A DNA stretch of 64,000 bases from positions 274,828 through 338,827 of the forward strand of contig CAVULY010000008.1 of assembly GCA_963742475.1 (NCBI GenBank), given 5' to 3'. Shown one piece after another: positions 42,735 through 53,900 of the stretch. The notes beneath the pieces are model-generated. The model ran no database searches and was not told the DNA's origin. It was given only the letters and a program-made list of their open reading frames with translations. The stretch is from an uncultured Acidobacteriota bacterium. GTDB taxonomy: Bacteria; Acidobacteriota; Terriglobia; Acidiferrales; UBA7541. Numbering within the stretch: position 1 is the stretch's first letter; every line of letters begins with the position of its first letter. Position numbers and translations under genes: made by a program.

Positions 42735-42849
42735 GAAGCAGCGTCTGTTGACCGCCGCTGATCATTCGGGCATTGCTCCTCCGGCGGCGGGCAACCGCAG
42801 AAGTCTGGCTCGTTCCCACCTCCGGCAATCCACGCGCCGCGCGCCGCTT

Positions 42850-43617
42850 TCATCTCGCCGCCTTCGACTCGACCTGCCGTGCGCCGGCGTTCGAACTCTC
42901 GCCAAGAGCGATCTTCCAATCGCACGTCTGCCATCCGCGCTTCCGCGCCGTGCGCGCCAGCTGCCACGTAGGGTTCACCGCAATCGCATTTCCCACTGCT
43001 TCGAGCATCTGCAGATCGCCTGAACTATCGCCGTACGCATAGCTCCGCGCGAGATCCAAGCCGCACCGCGCCGCCAGCTTCCGCACCGCGCGCAATTTCG
43101 CCTCACCACTCATGTGCCCGCCCGCCATGCGCCCGCTCCACACTTGCGGCGAATCCGCCGACACCTCCAGCTCAGTAGCAGACACTTCGATGTCGGCCGG
43201 AACGTACGCGGCAAGGCTGCGGGCCACTACACGCGCGAGCGGAGCCAGAGTGCCGGAAATCAGAAACACGCGATGACCCTGCGCATGGTGCCAGGCGACC
43301 TGTTGCAGCCCTTCTTCAAAAAATGGCAGAAAATTCTCGCCGAAAAATGCCGGCGCAAATGACTTTTCCCAGTCGCCGACCAACTCTTCGCGTGTGCCAG
43401 CGAGATAGCGTTTGTTTCCCAACGTAGCGCCGCGCAAATCGCGCCAGAATTTCTTGCCGAACTCCGCCAGCCAGCCGCCCACTTGCGCCGTGGTAATTTC
43501 GTCGCGCGCCAGCAAATAACCGATGAAGCGCCATTCCAGCGATGGCGCGGGAAGCAGCGTGCCATCCAGATCGAAAAACGCAGCAGCGGTTTCCGCACGA
43601 GCTTCCGCCGCGCTCAT
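42850..43617 (-). CDS. HAD-IB family hydrolase/phosphatase
   Basis: Motif I FFDLDGTLL, ISGT, C-terminal AYGDSSGDLQML. ATG at 43617 overlaps the upstream gene stop by 4 nt. Confidence 0.7.
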   Translation of the reverse strand: MSAAEARAETAAAFFDLDGTLLPAPSLEWRFIGYLLARDEITTAQVGGWLAEFGKKFWRDLRGATLGNKRYLAGTREELVGDWEKSFAPAFFGENFLPFFEEGLQQVAWHHAQGHRVFLISGTLAPLARVVARSLAAYVPADIEVSATELEVSADSPQVWSGRMAGGHMSGEAKLRAVRKLAARCGLDLARSYAYGDSSGDLQMLEAVGNAIAVNPTWQLARTARKRGWQTCDWKIALGESSNAGARQVESKAAR

Positions 43618-44279
43618 CGTATCCCCTCCACCGCCGCGCGCGCCGGTAGCTTCCGCTCCGCCGCGGCCAGATAACGGCGTCCCTCCCACACCACGGGAAT
43701 CGCCCGCACCACGCAGAAAACCGCGGCGGCCCCGGCCAGAATTTGCCCCGTCAGCAAAAGCGAATAGCGAACGTTCGCGTCCAACCACGCCGCTTGCCAA
43801 CGCGCCACCGGCAGCAGCAATCCCAGATAGCAAAAACAGACGCACTTCAGAATTGCGTAAGCCGCCCGGCTCGCGCGTGACGTCACCAGCGCCCGCCCCC
43901 ACCAGGTTTCTTGCATCGAACCGTCGCCAAATCCGCTGCGCCCCGCGCGATTTGCCAGCCCGCGCAAGAAATCAGTCAACGTGCCGCGCACGAAAAATAA
44001 AACCGGCAGCCACACTGAAACTAATCCGGCCACCGCGAAAAATGTGAAGAACAAATTTTCCACCACACGGTCGCCCAAAATATCCAGCTGCGCTCCCAAC
44101 GGAGTCGCCATGCCGCGCGTCCGCGCCAGGTAACCATCCACGCCATCCAGCGCAATCGCGGCGATCGTCAGCGCCACCGCTGCCAGATCCGCCACCAGCG
44201 CGTTGCCGAAAAATGTGAAAAGCGCCACGGCGGCAAATGCAGCGCCCACTCGCGTAGCTGTCACTTGATTCGGCGTCAT
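43614..44279 (-). CDS. CDP-alcohol phosphatidyltransferase family protein
   Basis: Exact DG(x2)AR(x8)G(x3)D(x3)D signature: DGYLARTRGMATPLGAQLDILGD. About 6 TM. ATG at 44279 inside ORF 43614-44408. Confidence 0.8.
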   Translation of the reverse strand: MTPNQVTATRVGAAFAAVALFTFFGNALVADLAAVALTIAAIALDGVDGYLARTRGMATPLGAQLDILGDRVVENLFFTFFAVAGLVSVWLPVLFFVRGTLTDFLRGLANRAGRSGFGDGSMQETWWGRALVTSRASRAAYAILKCVCFCYLGLLLPVARWQAAWLDANVRYSLLLTGQILAGAAAVFCVVRAIPVVWEGRRYLAAAERKLPARAAVEGIR

Positions 44280-44645
44280 AGCGCCTCCCCATTTGCGATC
44301 TCGCGCGGAAAGTTTTGGGCCCGCCACCGCGAGTGGCAAAATTTCTGTCGCTCCCGGCTCCAGCGGGCGGGCCCGTGCTGCGACGGATTGCACACGCCGG
44401 GCCACCATCGCGATGGTGTTTAGTCCTTATTTGTCAGATACTTAGCCCGAACGCGAATTCGCCGGGCCCCCGCCAATCGCTGCCTTTCTCCGACACGTGG
44501 CGGGTTTTCCCGTGCAGCTCTACGAACAAGCGAAAATCAGCGCGCACCCGTCCAAAGGATGTGGGAAAATTGCAGATTGAGCGCGCATCGTTGCTGCCTA
44601 TGACACATCCAACGAAGCGGCAGCGCAAGGACGCGAATTAACCGT

Positions 44646-45509
44646 ATGGACGTCTCCATATTTGCGGCATTTGTTGCAGGCCTGGTGTCGTTCCTTTCGC
44701 CATGCGTCCTGCCGCTCGTGCCCGGATACATCTCGATGCTCTCGGGCATCGGCGTCGAGCAACTGAAAGAAGGCAAGACGCCCCGCGGAGGCCTGCTTGT
44801 TTCCGCGCTCGCCTTCGTCACCGGATTTTCCGTGGTGTTCATTTCCTTCGGAGCTTCCGCCAGCGCCGTGGGTTCCTTCCTGCTGCGCAATCGCGCATCG
44901 CTCGCGCCCATCGCCGGCGCGTTGATCGTTCTGTTCGGCCTGCACCTCACCGGCCTGCTCGCGAAAATTTCCGTGCGCGCGGGATTGCTGATTGGCGCCG
45001 CGCTTGTGGCTGCCGGAATCGCGCTGAGCTTTCGGCCTGGGCTCTTCGGCTCGTGGCTGAGGCCCATCCATTTCGTCGCCATCGCGCTGATTTTTCTGCT
45101 GGGCCCGTCGCTCACGCGCTGGCTCAATCGCGACGTTCGTTTTCAGAATCTCGGCGGCCAGCCCGGAGCTGCCAGCGGATTCCTGATGGGTTTCGCGTTC
45201 GCCTTCGGTTGGACGCCCTGCATCGGCCCCATTCTCGCCAGTGTTCTGGCAGTCGCGGCCACGCGCGAAACCGTCTGGCAGGGAGTTTTCCTGCTCGCCT
45301 GTTATTCGGCGGGCCTCGCGATTCCGTTTCTCGTCACGGCGCTGGGCATCGGCGGTTTTTTGCGTTTTTATCAGAAGTTCAGGCGGCACCTGCACACCGT
45401 GGAAGTTTTCAGCGGCGTGCTGCTGCTGGCGGTCGGCGGTTTGGTATTCTTGAACCGGCTCACGTGGCTTTCGGGCAAGCTGGCATTTCTAAATAAGTTT
45501 TCGCTCTGA
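44646..45509 (+). CDS. ccdA: Cytochrome c biogenesis / thiol-disulfide electron transporter CcdA (DsbD-beta-like)
   Basis: FLSPCVLPLVPGYISMLSG and WTPCIGPIL motifs; multi-TM. Confidence 0.85.
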   Translation: MDVSIFAAFVAGLVSFLSPCVLPLVPGYISMLSGIGVEQLKEGKTPRGGLLVSALAFVTGFSVVFISFGASASAVGSFLLRNRASLAPIAGALIVLFGLHLTGLLAKISVRAGLLIGAALVAAGIALSFRPGLFGSWLRPIHFVAIALIFLLGPSLTRWLNRDVRFQNLGGQPGAASGFLMGFAFAFGWTPCIGPILASVLAVAATRETVWQGVFLLACYSAGLAIPFLVTALGIGGFLRFYQKFRRHLHTVEVFSGVLLLAVGGLVFLNRLTWLSGKLAFLNKFSL

Positions 45510-46078
45510 TGGGAGTGTTGCGCATGCGCGGATCGTTCAAATTTTCAATGATCGTGATCGTGTTGGCAGCCGCCGTAGCGGGCTTCGCAGGCTGCAAATC
45601 CAGCGGCAGTCAGGCGGCCAGCCTCGTCGCGCAAAAACCCCTGCCGAATGAGCCGGACGTTACCTTCAAGGATCTGCAGGGCAAAGACGTGCCTCTCGCC
45701 AGCCTGAAAGGCAAAGTGGTCCTCGTGAATTTCTGGGCCACTTGGTGCGAACCCTGTCAGGTGGAAATTCCCTGGATGATCGGCTTCCAGAAAAAGTATG
45801 CGGACAAGGGTTTCACTCTGCTCGGCGTCGCCATGGACGAAGAGGGCAAGAGCGTCGTCGATCCCTACGTGCAGAAAACCCAGTTCGATGTGGACGGTCA
45901 TCCCTCCACCATGAATTACCCCATCGTCCTGGGAAATGATGATCTGGCCGACAAGTTCGGCGGCTTGCTGGGCCTGCCGACCACCTACGTGATTTCACGC
46001 GACGGCAAAATCGTCAAGCGCTACATCGGCCTCGCCACCGAAAGCGATCTCGATAAACTAATCCAGTCGTTGCTCTAG
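45509..46078 (+). CDS. TlpA/ResA-like periplasmic thioredoxin-fold thiol:disulfide oxidoreductase
   Basis: VLVNFWATWCEPCQ active site and a lipoprotein-like signal (AGFAGC). TGATG overlap with ccdA. Confidence 0.8.
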   Translation: MGVLRMRGSFKFSMIVIVLAAAVAGFAGCKSSGSQAASLVAQKPLPNEPDVTFKDLQGKDVPLASLKGKVVLVNFWATWCEPCQVEIPWMIGFQKKYADKGFTLLGVAMDEEGKSVVDPYVQKTQFDVDGHPSTMNYPIVLGNDDLADKFGGLLGLPTTYVISRDGKIVKRYIGLATESDLDKLIQSLL

Positions 46079-46132
46079 TCGGCCGGCGAAACCTGCGGTA
46101 ACCTGCCAAGACCGTGACAACAACCATGATGA

Positions 46133-46459
46133 ATGAACACGAATTCCACGAAAAAATGTGACGCCACCTTCGAAGCCCTGCGCAATCGCCTGCTCGACCT
46201 CGGCGACGCCAACAATTTCGAAGTAGAAGGCGGCAGCGGCAAGCTCGAAATCGAATTTGAAGATGAGGACGAAACCCGTTTCGTCATCAGCCCCAACGCT
46301 CCGGTCCGCCAAATCTGGATTTCAGCCCTGACCACCAGCTTCAAGCTCGGCTGGTCGGAATCCGCGCAAGCCTTCGTGCAGGAAAAAACCGGCGAGACGC
46401 TCAACCAGGTCATGAGCCGCATCCTCACCGAAAAACTCGGCACCCCGATTGAGGTTTAG
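46133..46459 (+). CDS. cyaY: Frataxin-like iron donor CyaY (N-terminus affected by an A6 run)
   Basis: ...RFVISPNAPVRQIWISA... frataxin core. The expected N-terminus MMNEHEFHEK sits in another frame from ATG 46126 and ends at TGA 46159-46161. Confidence 0.75.
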   Translation: MNTNSTKKCDATFEALRNRLLDLGDANNFEVEGGSGKLEIEFEDEDETRFVISPNAPVRQIWISALTTSFKLGWSESAQAFVQEKTGETLNQVMSRILTEKLGTPIEV

Positions 46460-46466
46460 ACCAACG

Positions 46467-47057
46467 ATGCCAATCAAACGGACGATCGCTCTTAGCGCAT
46501 TCCTGCTCACGCTCGCCGCCGGCGTTCTCGCCCTCCGCCAAAACGCCACCGCAGCCGCGCAGGCGTCGCCCGATATCCCCAGTCCCGCGACGATCGTCAA
46601 GCCCCGCGTCTTTGTTTCGCTCGCGCCCGTCCCGCGCGGAAAAGAATTTCAAGTCGCCGTCGTAACTGAAATCGCCCACGGCTATCACATGAATTCGCAT
46701 CACCCCACCGACAAATACTTGATCGCGACGACGCTCACGCCCAAGCTTCCCACCGGTTTCGAGCTTCTGGACACGCTCTACCCCGCAGGCCGCGTGGAAA
46801 AATTTTCATTTTCGCCGGACAAAGGCCTCGACGTGTATTCCGGCAGCGTAACTCTGAAGCTTCGCCTGGTCGCGCACAATGATGCGCCCATTGGCGCCGT
46901 AACTTTTCCCGTAACCCTCCGCTACCAGGCTTGCAACGACACCACGTGTCTGCCTCCCGTGAAAGTTCCCGTGGACGTGCGCGTGGACGTGGCCGCAGCA
47001 GGCGCAGCAGCTCACGCCACTCATCCCGAAATTTTCTCCACTCCCGCAGCGAAGTAA
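46467..47057 (+). CDS. Periplasmic DsbD N-terminal (alpha) domain-like protein
   Basis: Signal peptide; ...IAHGYHMNSH...LRYQACNDTTCLPP pattern typical of the DsbD-alpha/DsbC_N family. Confidence 0.6.
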   Translation: MPIKRTIALSAFLLTLAAGVLALRQNATAAAQASPDIPSPATIVKPRVFVSLAPVPRGKEFQVAVVTEIAHGYHMNSHHPTDKYLIATTLTPKLPTGFELLDTLYPAGRVEKFSFSPDKGLDVYSGSVTLKLRLVAHNDAPIGAVTFPVTLRYQACNDTTCLPPVKVPVDVRVDVAAAGAAAHATHPEIFSTPAAK

Positions 47058-47150
47058 ATTCCGGCGATTTTGAAAGAGTTATAACAGCTGCCTAACGGGT
47101 TGCCTTCGCAGCGGCCGCTTTTAGGCAAACAGAGTTGTCAGATGAAGCTT

Positions 47151-48750
<1,600 letters not shown>

Positions 48751-48777
48751 CTAACCAGCCACAGCTTCGAGTTTTTC

Positions 48778-48809
48778 TAGCCACTAGCCACTCGTCACTA
48801 GCCACTGCC
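48778..48809. repeat. Tandem heptamers TAGCCAC TAGCCAC TCGTCAC TAGCCAC
   Basis: Read directly. Lies in the divergent spacer between gltX and the 48901 gene, immediately upstream of a TATAAT hexamer (48812-48817). Confidence 0.7.
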
Positions 48810-48811
48810 TT

Positions 48812-48817
48812 TATAAT
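48812..48817 (+). promoter_or_regulatory. Perfect TATAAT hexamer (possible -10 for the 48901 gene)
   Basis: TATAAT lies 84 nt upstream of ATG 48901. No convincing -35 at 16-18 nt spacing. Confidence 0.2.
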
Positions 48818-48900
48818 CAAACGTGATCAATCCCACCGGTTCGCAATCCGAAAAATACTCGGAACCTTTTCCGCGCGCCTGCGTATCTAAACCTGAGCCC

Positions 48901-50466
48901 ATGCGCACACGTCTGCACAGTCCGCTGTTGCGGTTCGCCTTGCTCCTCCTCTGCGGGGCCACCCCTCTGCACGCCCAGGACGCCGCCAAAATCCTGAATC
49001 AATACGTCCAAGCCTCCGGCGGTGCGCGGGCGCTTTCCAAGATCCAAACCATCAGCCTGGAAGGTACTGTTGCCGCCCAGAACGGCGCGAAACCCGGCGC
49101 CTACACCTTCGACGTGAAACTCCCCAACCGCTACTACTCCGAAATGGTGATGGGCGACCAAAGCTGGATCGAATCCTTCAACGGAAAATCAGCTTGGCAC
49201 CAGAACGCCGCCGGAGAATTCGCCACCCTCGTCGGCCCCGAAGGCCTGCAACTAGAAGCCGCCGCGCGCTACTACAATTCGCGCCTCCTCAATCCCAAGA
49301 AGAACAAGCTCGTCATCACCTACGTCGGCGCGGCGCAGGTCCGTGGAAAAGATACGTCTCAGCTGGAAGTAACCATGCCCTCAGGCGTCCAATGGCAAGT
49401 TTTCTTCGACGCCCAATCGCACCTGATCGCAAAAGAATCCGCGCTCGTAGGCGGCGTGAATCAGGAAATCCTCTACGATGACTATCGCCCCGAAAACGGT
49501 GTCCAACTCCCGCACAAAATCGAATTGCATCGCGGCCCGGCGCTTTACTCGATTGACGTAACTCGCGCCGCCATCAACGAACCCGTCGGCGAACGCGTCT
49601 TCGATTTTCCCAGAAAATCCCAGGTGCAGCTGCCGGACCTGAAAGCCCTGTTCAAGCAAATTGACGCCAATCAGCAAGCCCTCGACAAAATCAAAGAAAA
49701 TTACGCCGGCACCAAAATCGAAGAAGAAACGGACTACGAAGGAAACGGCAAACCCAAAAAACCCGACGTCCGCGAATCCACATTCTTCTATCTCCACGGC
49801 ACCGAAGTCTCCACCCTGGTGAAAATCAACGGCCAGCCCCTCAGCCCTGAAGCCCAAAAGAAGGAAAACGCCCGTGTCTTGAAGGAAATTGACGATCTCG
49901 AAAAAAGCGCCAACAAAAAAGCAACCACCGGCGAGAAAGACAAGCAAGAACAGAAGGAAGAAGAAGACGAAGACGTCTCCATAGACGCTTTCCTCCGCGC
50001 CTGCCAGTTCGTCAATCCCCGCCGCGAACGCTTCCGCGGCCAGGATGTCCTGGTCTTCGACTTCGAGCCCAACCCCGAATTCAAGGCCCGCAGCCTCGTC
50101 GAAAAAGTCATCCAAAAACTCGGCGGCGTAATCTGGATAGACGAAAAAGCCCTCGACGTCGTGCGCCTCGACGCCTTCTTCGTCAACAACATGAAATTTG
50201 CCGGCGGCCTCCTAGCCGACCTCCAAAAGGGCACTCGCGTCATCCTCGAGCAAACCTACGTCAACAACGAAGTCTGGCTCCCTACATATGAAGAAGTCCA
50301 CATTGACGTCCGCGTCCTCCTCGTAAAAGGAATCAAAGTGGACGGCACCACGCGCTATTTCGACTACAAGAAATTCAACGTCGAGATGCTCTCCACCATT
50401 GGCAAGCCCAAAGGTGCCCCGGATTCCGCCCCGGCGCCCGCCACCCCGCCTGCAAAACCACAGTAA
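48901..50466 (+). CDS. Secreted conserved protein, paralogue family of 3850-4773, with a K/E-rich insert
   Basis: Signal peptide (LLLLCGATPLHAQ), LolA-like N-half, KKENARVLKEIDDLEKSANKK...EEEDED insert, and C-terminal GVIWID...VWLPTY block. Confidence 0.55.
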   Translation: MRTRLHSPLLRFALLLLCGATPLHAQDAAKILNQYVQASGGARALSKIQTISLEGTVAAQNGAKPGAYTFDVKLPNRYYSEMVMGDQSWIESFNGKSAWHQNAAGEFATLVGPEGLQLEAAARYYNSRLLNPKKNKLVITYVGAAQVRGKDTSQLEVTMPSGVQWQVFFDAQSHLIAKESALVGGVNQEILYDDYRPENGVQLPHKIELHRGPALYSIDVTRAAINEPVGERVFDFPRKSQVQLPDLKALFKQIDANQQALDKIKENYAGTKIEEETDYEGNGKPKKPDVRESTFFYLHGTEVSTLVKINGQPLSPEAQKKENARVLKEIDDLEKSANKKATTGEKDKQEQKEEEDEDVSIDAFLRACQFVNPRRERFRGQDVLVFDFEPNPEFKARSLVEKVIQKLGGVIWIDEKALDVVRLDAFFVNNMKFAGGLLADLQKGTRVILEQTYVNNEVWLPTYEEVHIDVRVLLVKGIKVDGTTRYFDYKKFNVEMLSTIGKPKGAPDSAPAPATPPAKPQ

Positions 50467-50935
50467 GAAATCCCTCCCTAGTCCTGCAAGCCGTCTCCTA
50501 AATTGCCGTTCTAAACGGCGCAGTTAGGACGCCACCTCCGACCAGCCTAAGGCTGAACGTTACGCGACTGAGCGCTCGTCTTTCAATCGCGGATGACGCT
50601 CCAACAACCAGTCTCGCGAATCCGCAAACACGTCCGCACACCGCACAAACGGCACATTCCACTGCAATTCCGCATGCTCCGTAAAGCACTGAGCCAGAGA
50701 GGGTTGGTACTCGAGTACTCTTGACCTCCACGCCCTCGAATTTCATAGTGTTGCCAGGCCACGGAATCGCAATCTTGGGCTCAGCGATGTGCTTTTTCTC
50801 GCGATTTTCGGCAACTTTTCAGGCGCGTTTGGGCGTCGTTTTAGCGTCCATCAGTACAGGTGACCGCCACGAAACTCACCTGGACACTCGGCCAAACACC
50901 TGCCAATTTTCTGCTATTCTCAGGAGAAATCTGCA

Positions 50936-53900
50936 TTGTTCGGGCTACGGAGCATTGGGTTGCTGAGCCATCTGAATACGAGCGCGGTCGTGCTCCTGGC
51001 GGGCGCGTTTCTGCTTGGTGCGTTTTTTGCCTACGTGTACCAGCAGAAGCGCCAGGCCTACCTGCTCGTTTGGGCCTCAGCTTGGTTACTGGTCTCGCTT
51101 TACTTCGTGCGCCCTGCATTCGTTGGTTCTCTGGCTCTTCCCGCGTGGATGGACGCCATCAACGAATGGGTCATGGCGGTTGCCGCCCTGGCATTCTTCT
51201 GTTCGGCCCGTTTATATGCGCGCCTCACTCTTTCCATCAAGCGTATCGCTTTGGCCGTCGCCGTCGCCGCGGGCTGGTCTTTCGCCTATCCGCGCGAATG
51301 GATCGCAGTTCCGCTGGGCTTCGGTGTGGCCGTGGTTTTCTTCCTCACCGCGCAAGTGTTCTGGCAGGAAGGCCGCAAACAGGAATCGCGCGCGGATAAA
51401 CTTCTGGCCGCCACTTTCGTGGCCACTGGCGTTCTGCGTCTCATGTTGATCTTCCAGGCGCGGCTCGGCCCTCTCGCGAACGCCAACCTGCTGCCCTTCG
51501 CGCTGCTCGCGGAAATCGTTGGCGGCGTCCTGATGTTGATGGCGGTCTACGAGGAAGAGCGCCGCCGCGTCGAGCGCAACATGCTGGCCCTCTCCAATCT
51601 GAACCTGGCCACCTCCAGCTTTGCGGGCGGTGAAATTCAGAAAATGTTGGCGCAGGCTCTCGATCGCGTCCTCAACGTCGTGCGCATTCCCGCCGGCGCC
51701 CTGATCTTGCACTACGGCGACGAACACGGGCCGGCATCTGTCGTGGTCACCGGCCTCGACGACTCCTTCTGCAGTTCCGTGCAGGAAAATAATCTCGATG
51801 ATTACATCGTGAAGCTCGTCGCGCGCCTGGGCGGCCTGGTCGTACTTCGCGATCTGGCTCGTGACGCCAATTGGCTCGCTCTGGAAAAAGAAGAATCCTT
51901 CCGCCACGTGCGCAAAATGCTGCTCGGCCAGGGCCTGCGCACCATGGTCGGTATCAGTCTGCAGGCCAAGGATCGCGTCTTCGGCGTCCTGCTGCTGGGC
52001 ACGCCGGACAATCGCAATTTCGCTCCGCCCGAATTGCGCCTGCTCCTCGCCTTGGGCCACCAGATCGGCATGGCCGTCGAGAATAGCTATCTGATTCAGC
52101 AGACTGCGCGGCGCAGCGAAGAGCTGCACATCTTGAACGAAATCGGCCGCGCCCTGAGCTCCACTCTCGACCCGGACGCGCTCTTCGAACGCATTTATTC
52201 CGAAATGCAGCGCCTCCTGGACGTCAACAGCCTCTTCATCGCGTTCTACGATCGCAAATCCGAGCTGCTGCGCTTTGAAATCGAAGTCAACGACGGCCAA
52301 CGCCAGCCCAAGAGATCCCGCCAAAAGGGAAATCATCTCGCCGAATACGTGATCCGCACCGCCCAGCCGCTGTTGATCCGCGAGCAGTTCGCTGAAGAAA
52401 CCGCGCGCTTGGGTTTCACACCGAACCGGCAGGCCGGCTCGATTTGCGCCGTCCCCCTGATCTTGTACAACCAGGCGATTGGCGTCATGGCCGTGCACAG
52501 CGCGCAGGAACGCGCCTTCGACGAAGGCCACGTCGAATTGCTTCGCGTGCTCGCCAGTGAAGCCGCGGTCGCCATCGAAAACGCCCGCCTCTTCTCCGAA
52601 GAGCAGAAAAAATCGAAGCAGTTGACGCTGATCAACAACGTCTCCAGCCACGCCATCACCACGCTGAACCCCGAAGAAATGCTCGCCAAGATTGCTGCCG
52701 AGATCGAAAACGCGCTCACCTACGATCATATCGGTATCGCCATTCTCGATTACTCCTCCAAAGAACTTGAAATTCAAGCCGAAGCTGGCGCCCGCCGCGA
52801 TGCACTGGGCCGCCGCATTGCGTTGGGAGAAGGCCTGGTGGGCCACGTAGCTCGCACCGGCCAAATCGCCGCCGTCACTACGGTTGGCGCGGACTCGCCG
52901 CGACCCGTCCTCCCTGGCACCGTCTCGGCCATCGCTCTGCCGGTCACTTACGCGGAAAGTCTGCTCGGCGTGCTGTACGTTGAATCCTCGAAGCCTTGCG
53001 AATTCGCGGAAGAAGAAATCCGCCTGCTGCGCACCCTCGCTGATTTATTCGCGGGCGCGCTGCACAATGCTGTCATCTTCCAGAAGGCTCAGGAGCAGGC
53101 CATCACCGACGGCCTCACCGGAGTCAAAACGCACCGCTTCCTCATGGAAGCGCTCTCTTCCGAATGGAAGCGCTCCACGCGCGCCAACCGCCCCTTCGCG
53201 CTCGTCCTCATGGACCTCGACCGCTTCAAATTCGTGAACGACTTCTACGGCCACCTCGAAGGCGACGTCGTGCTGCAGCGCGTCGGCCACATTCTCGAAC
53301 AGAATTGCCGCCGCTCCGATGTTGTCGCGCGTTACGGCGGCGACGAATTCGTCATCCTCATGCCGGAAACCAGCGTCGAGCAGGCCATTCAACTCGCCAG
53401 CAAGCTGCGCGGCTGGGTCGCCGCCGATCCGCTGCTGCGCGATAAAAATATCACCGCCAGCTTCGGCATCGCCGGTTTCCCTGTGCACGGTTCCACGCCG
53501 CAGGAATTGATTCAAGTGGCGGACTCCTCCATGTACTTGTCCAAGCATCAGGGCGGAAATTCCGTTTCCAGCGCGGAGCAGGGCGATCCCAACGACACCA
53601 AGCGCTGGAAAAAAGATGTCCTCGAAGCCTATCTCGGCGTCACGCTCAAGCGCCAATTCTCCACCGGCCCCGACGCCTTCGACGAAATTTACCGCCGCCT
53701 CGAGCAGTTCACCCGCTCGCTGATCGAACATGGCGATGGCGACGCCGGCGATCCCGTTCCGCCCGCCGTCGTGGACACGGTCACTTCGCTCGCGCTGGCC
53801 ATTGACGCCAAAGATCGCTATACCCAGGGCCACTCGCAAAAAGTTTCCGCGTATTCCGTGATGATCGCGCAAGCGCTGCGCATGAATCAGGCCGAAGTCG

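Noticed and set aside
42659-42967. Longer versions of the PAP2 gene starting at 42853 or 42967.
   Set aside because: The extension reads through two palindromic hairpin repeats, has an implausible composition (Gly/Pro/Cys/Arg-rich), and the longest form overlaps the HAD-IB coding region. ATG 42658 precedes the first TM segment.
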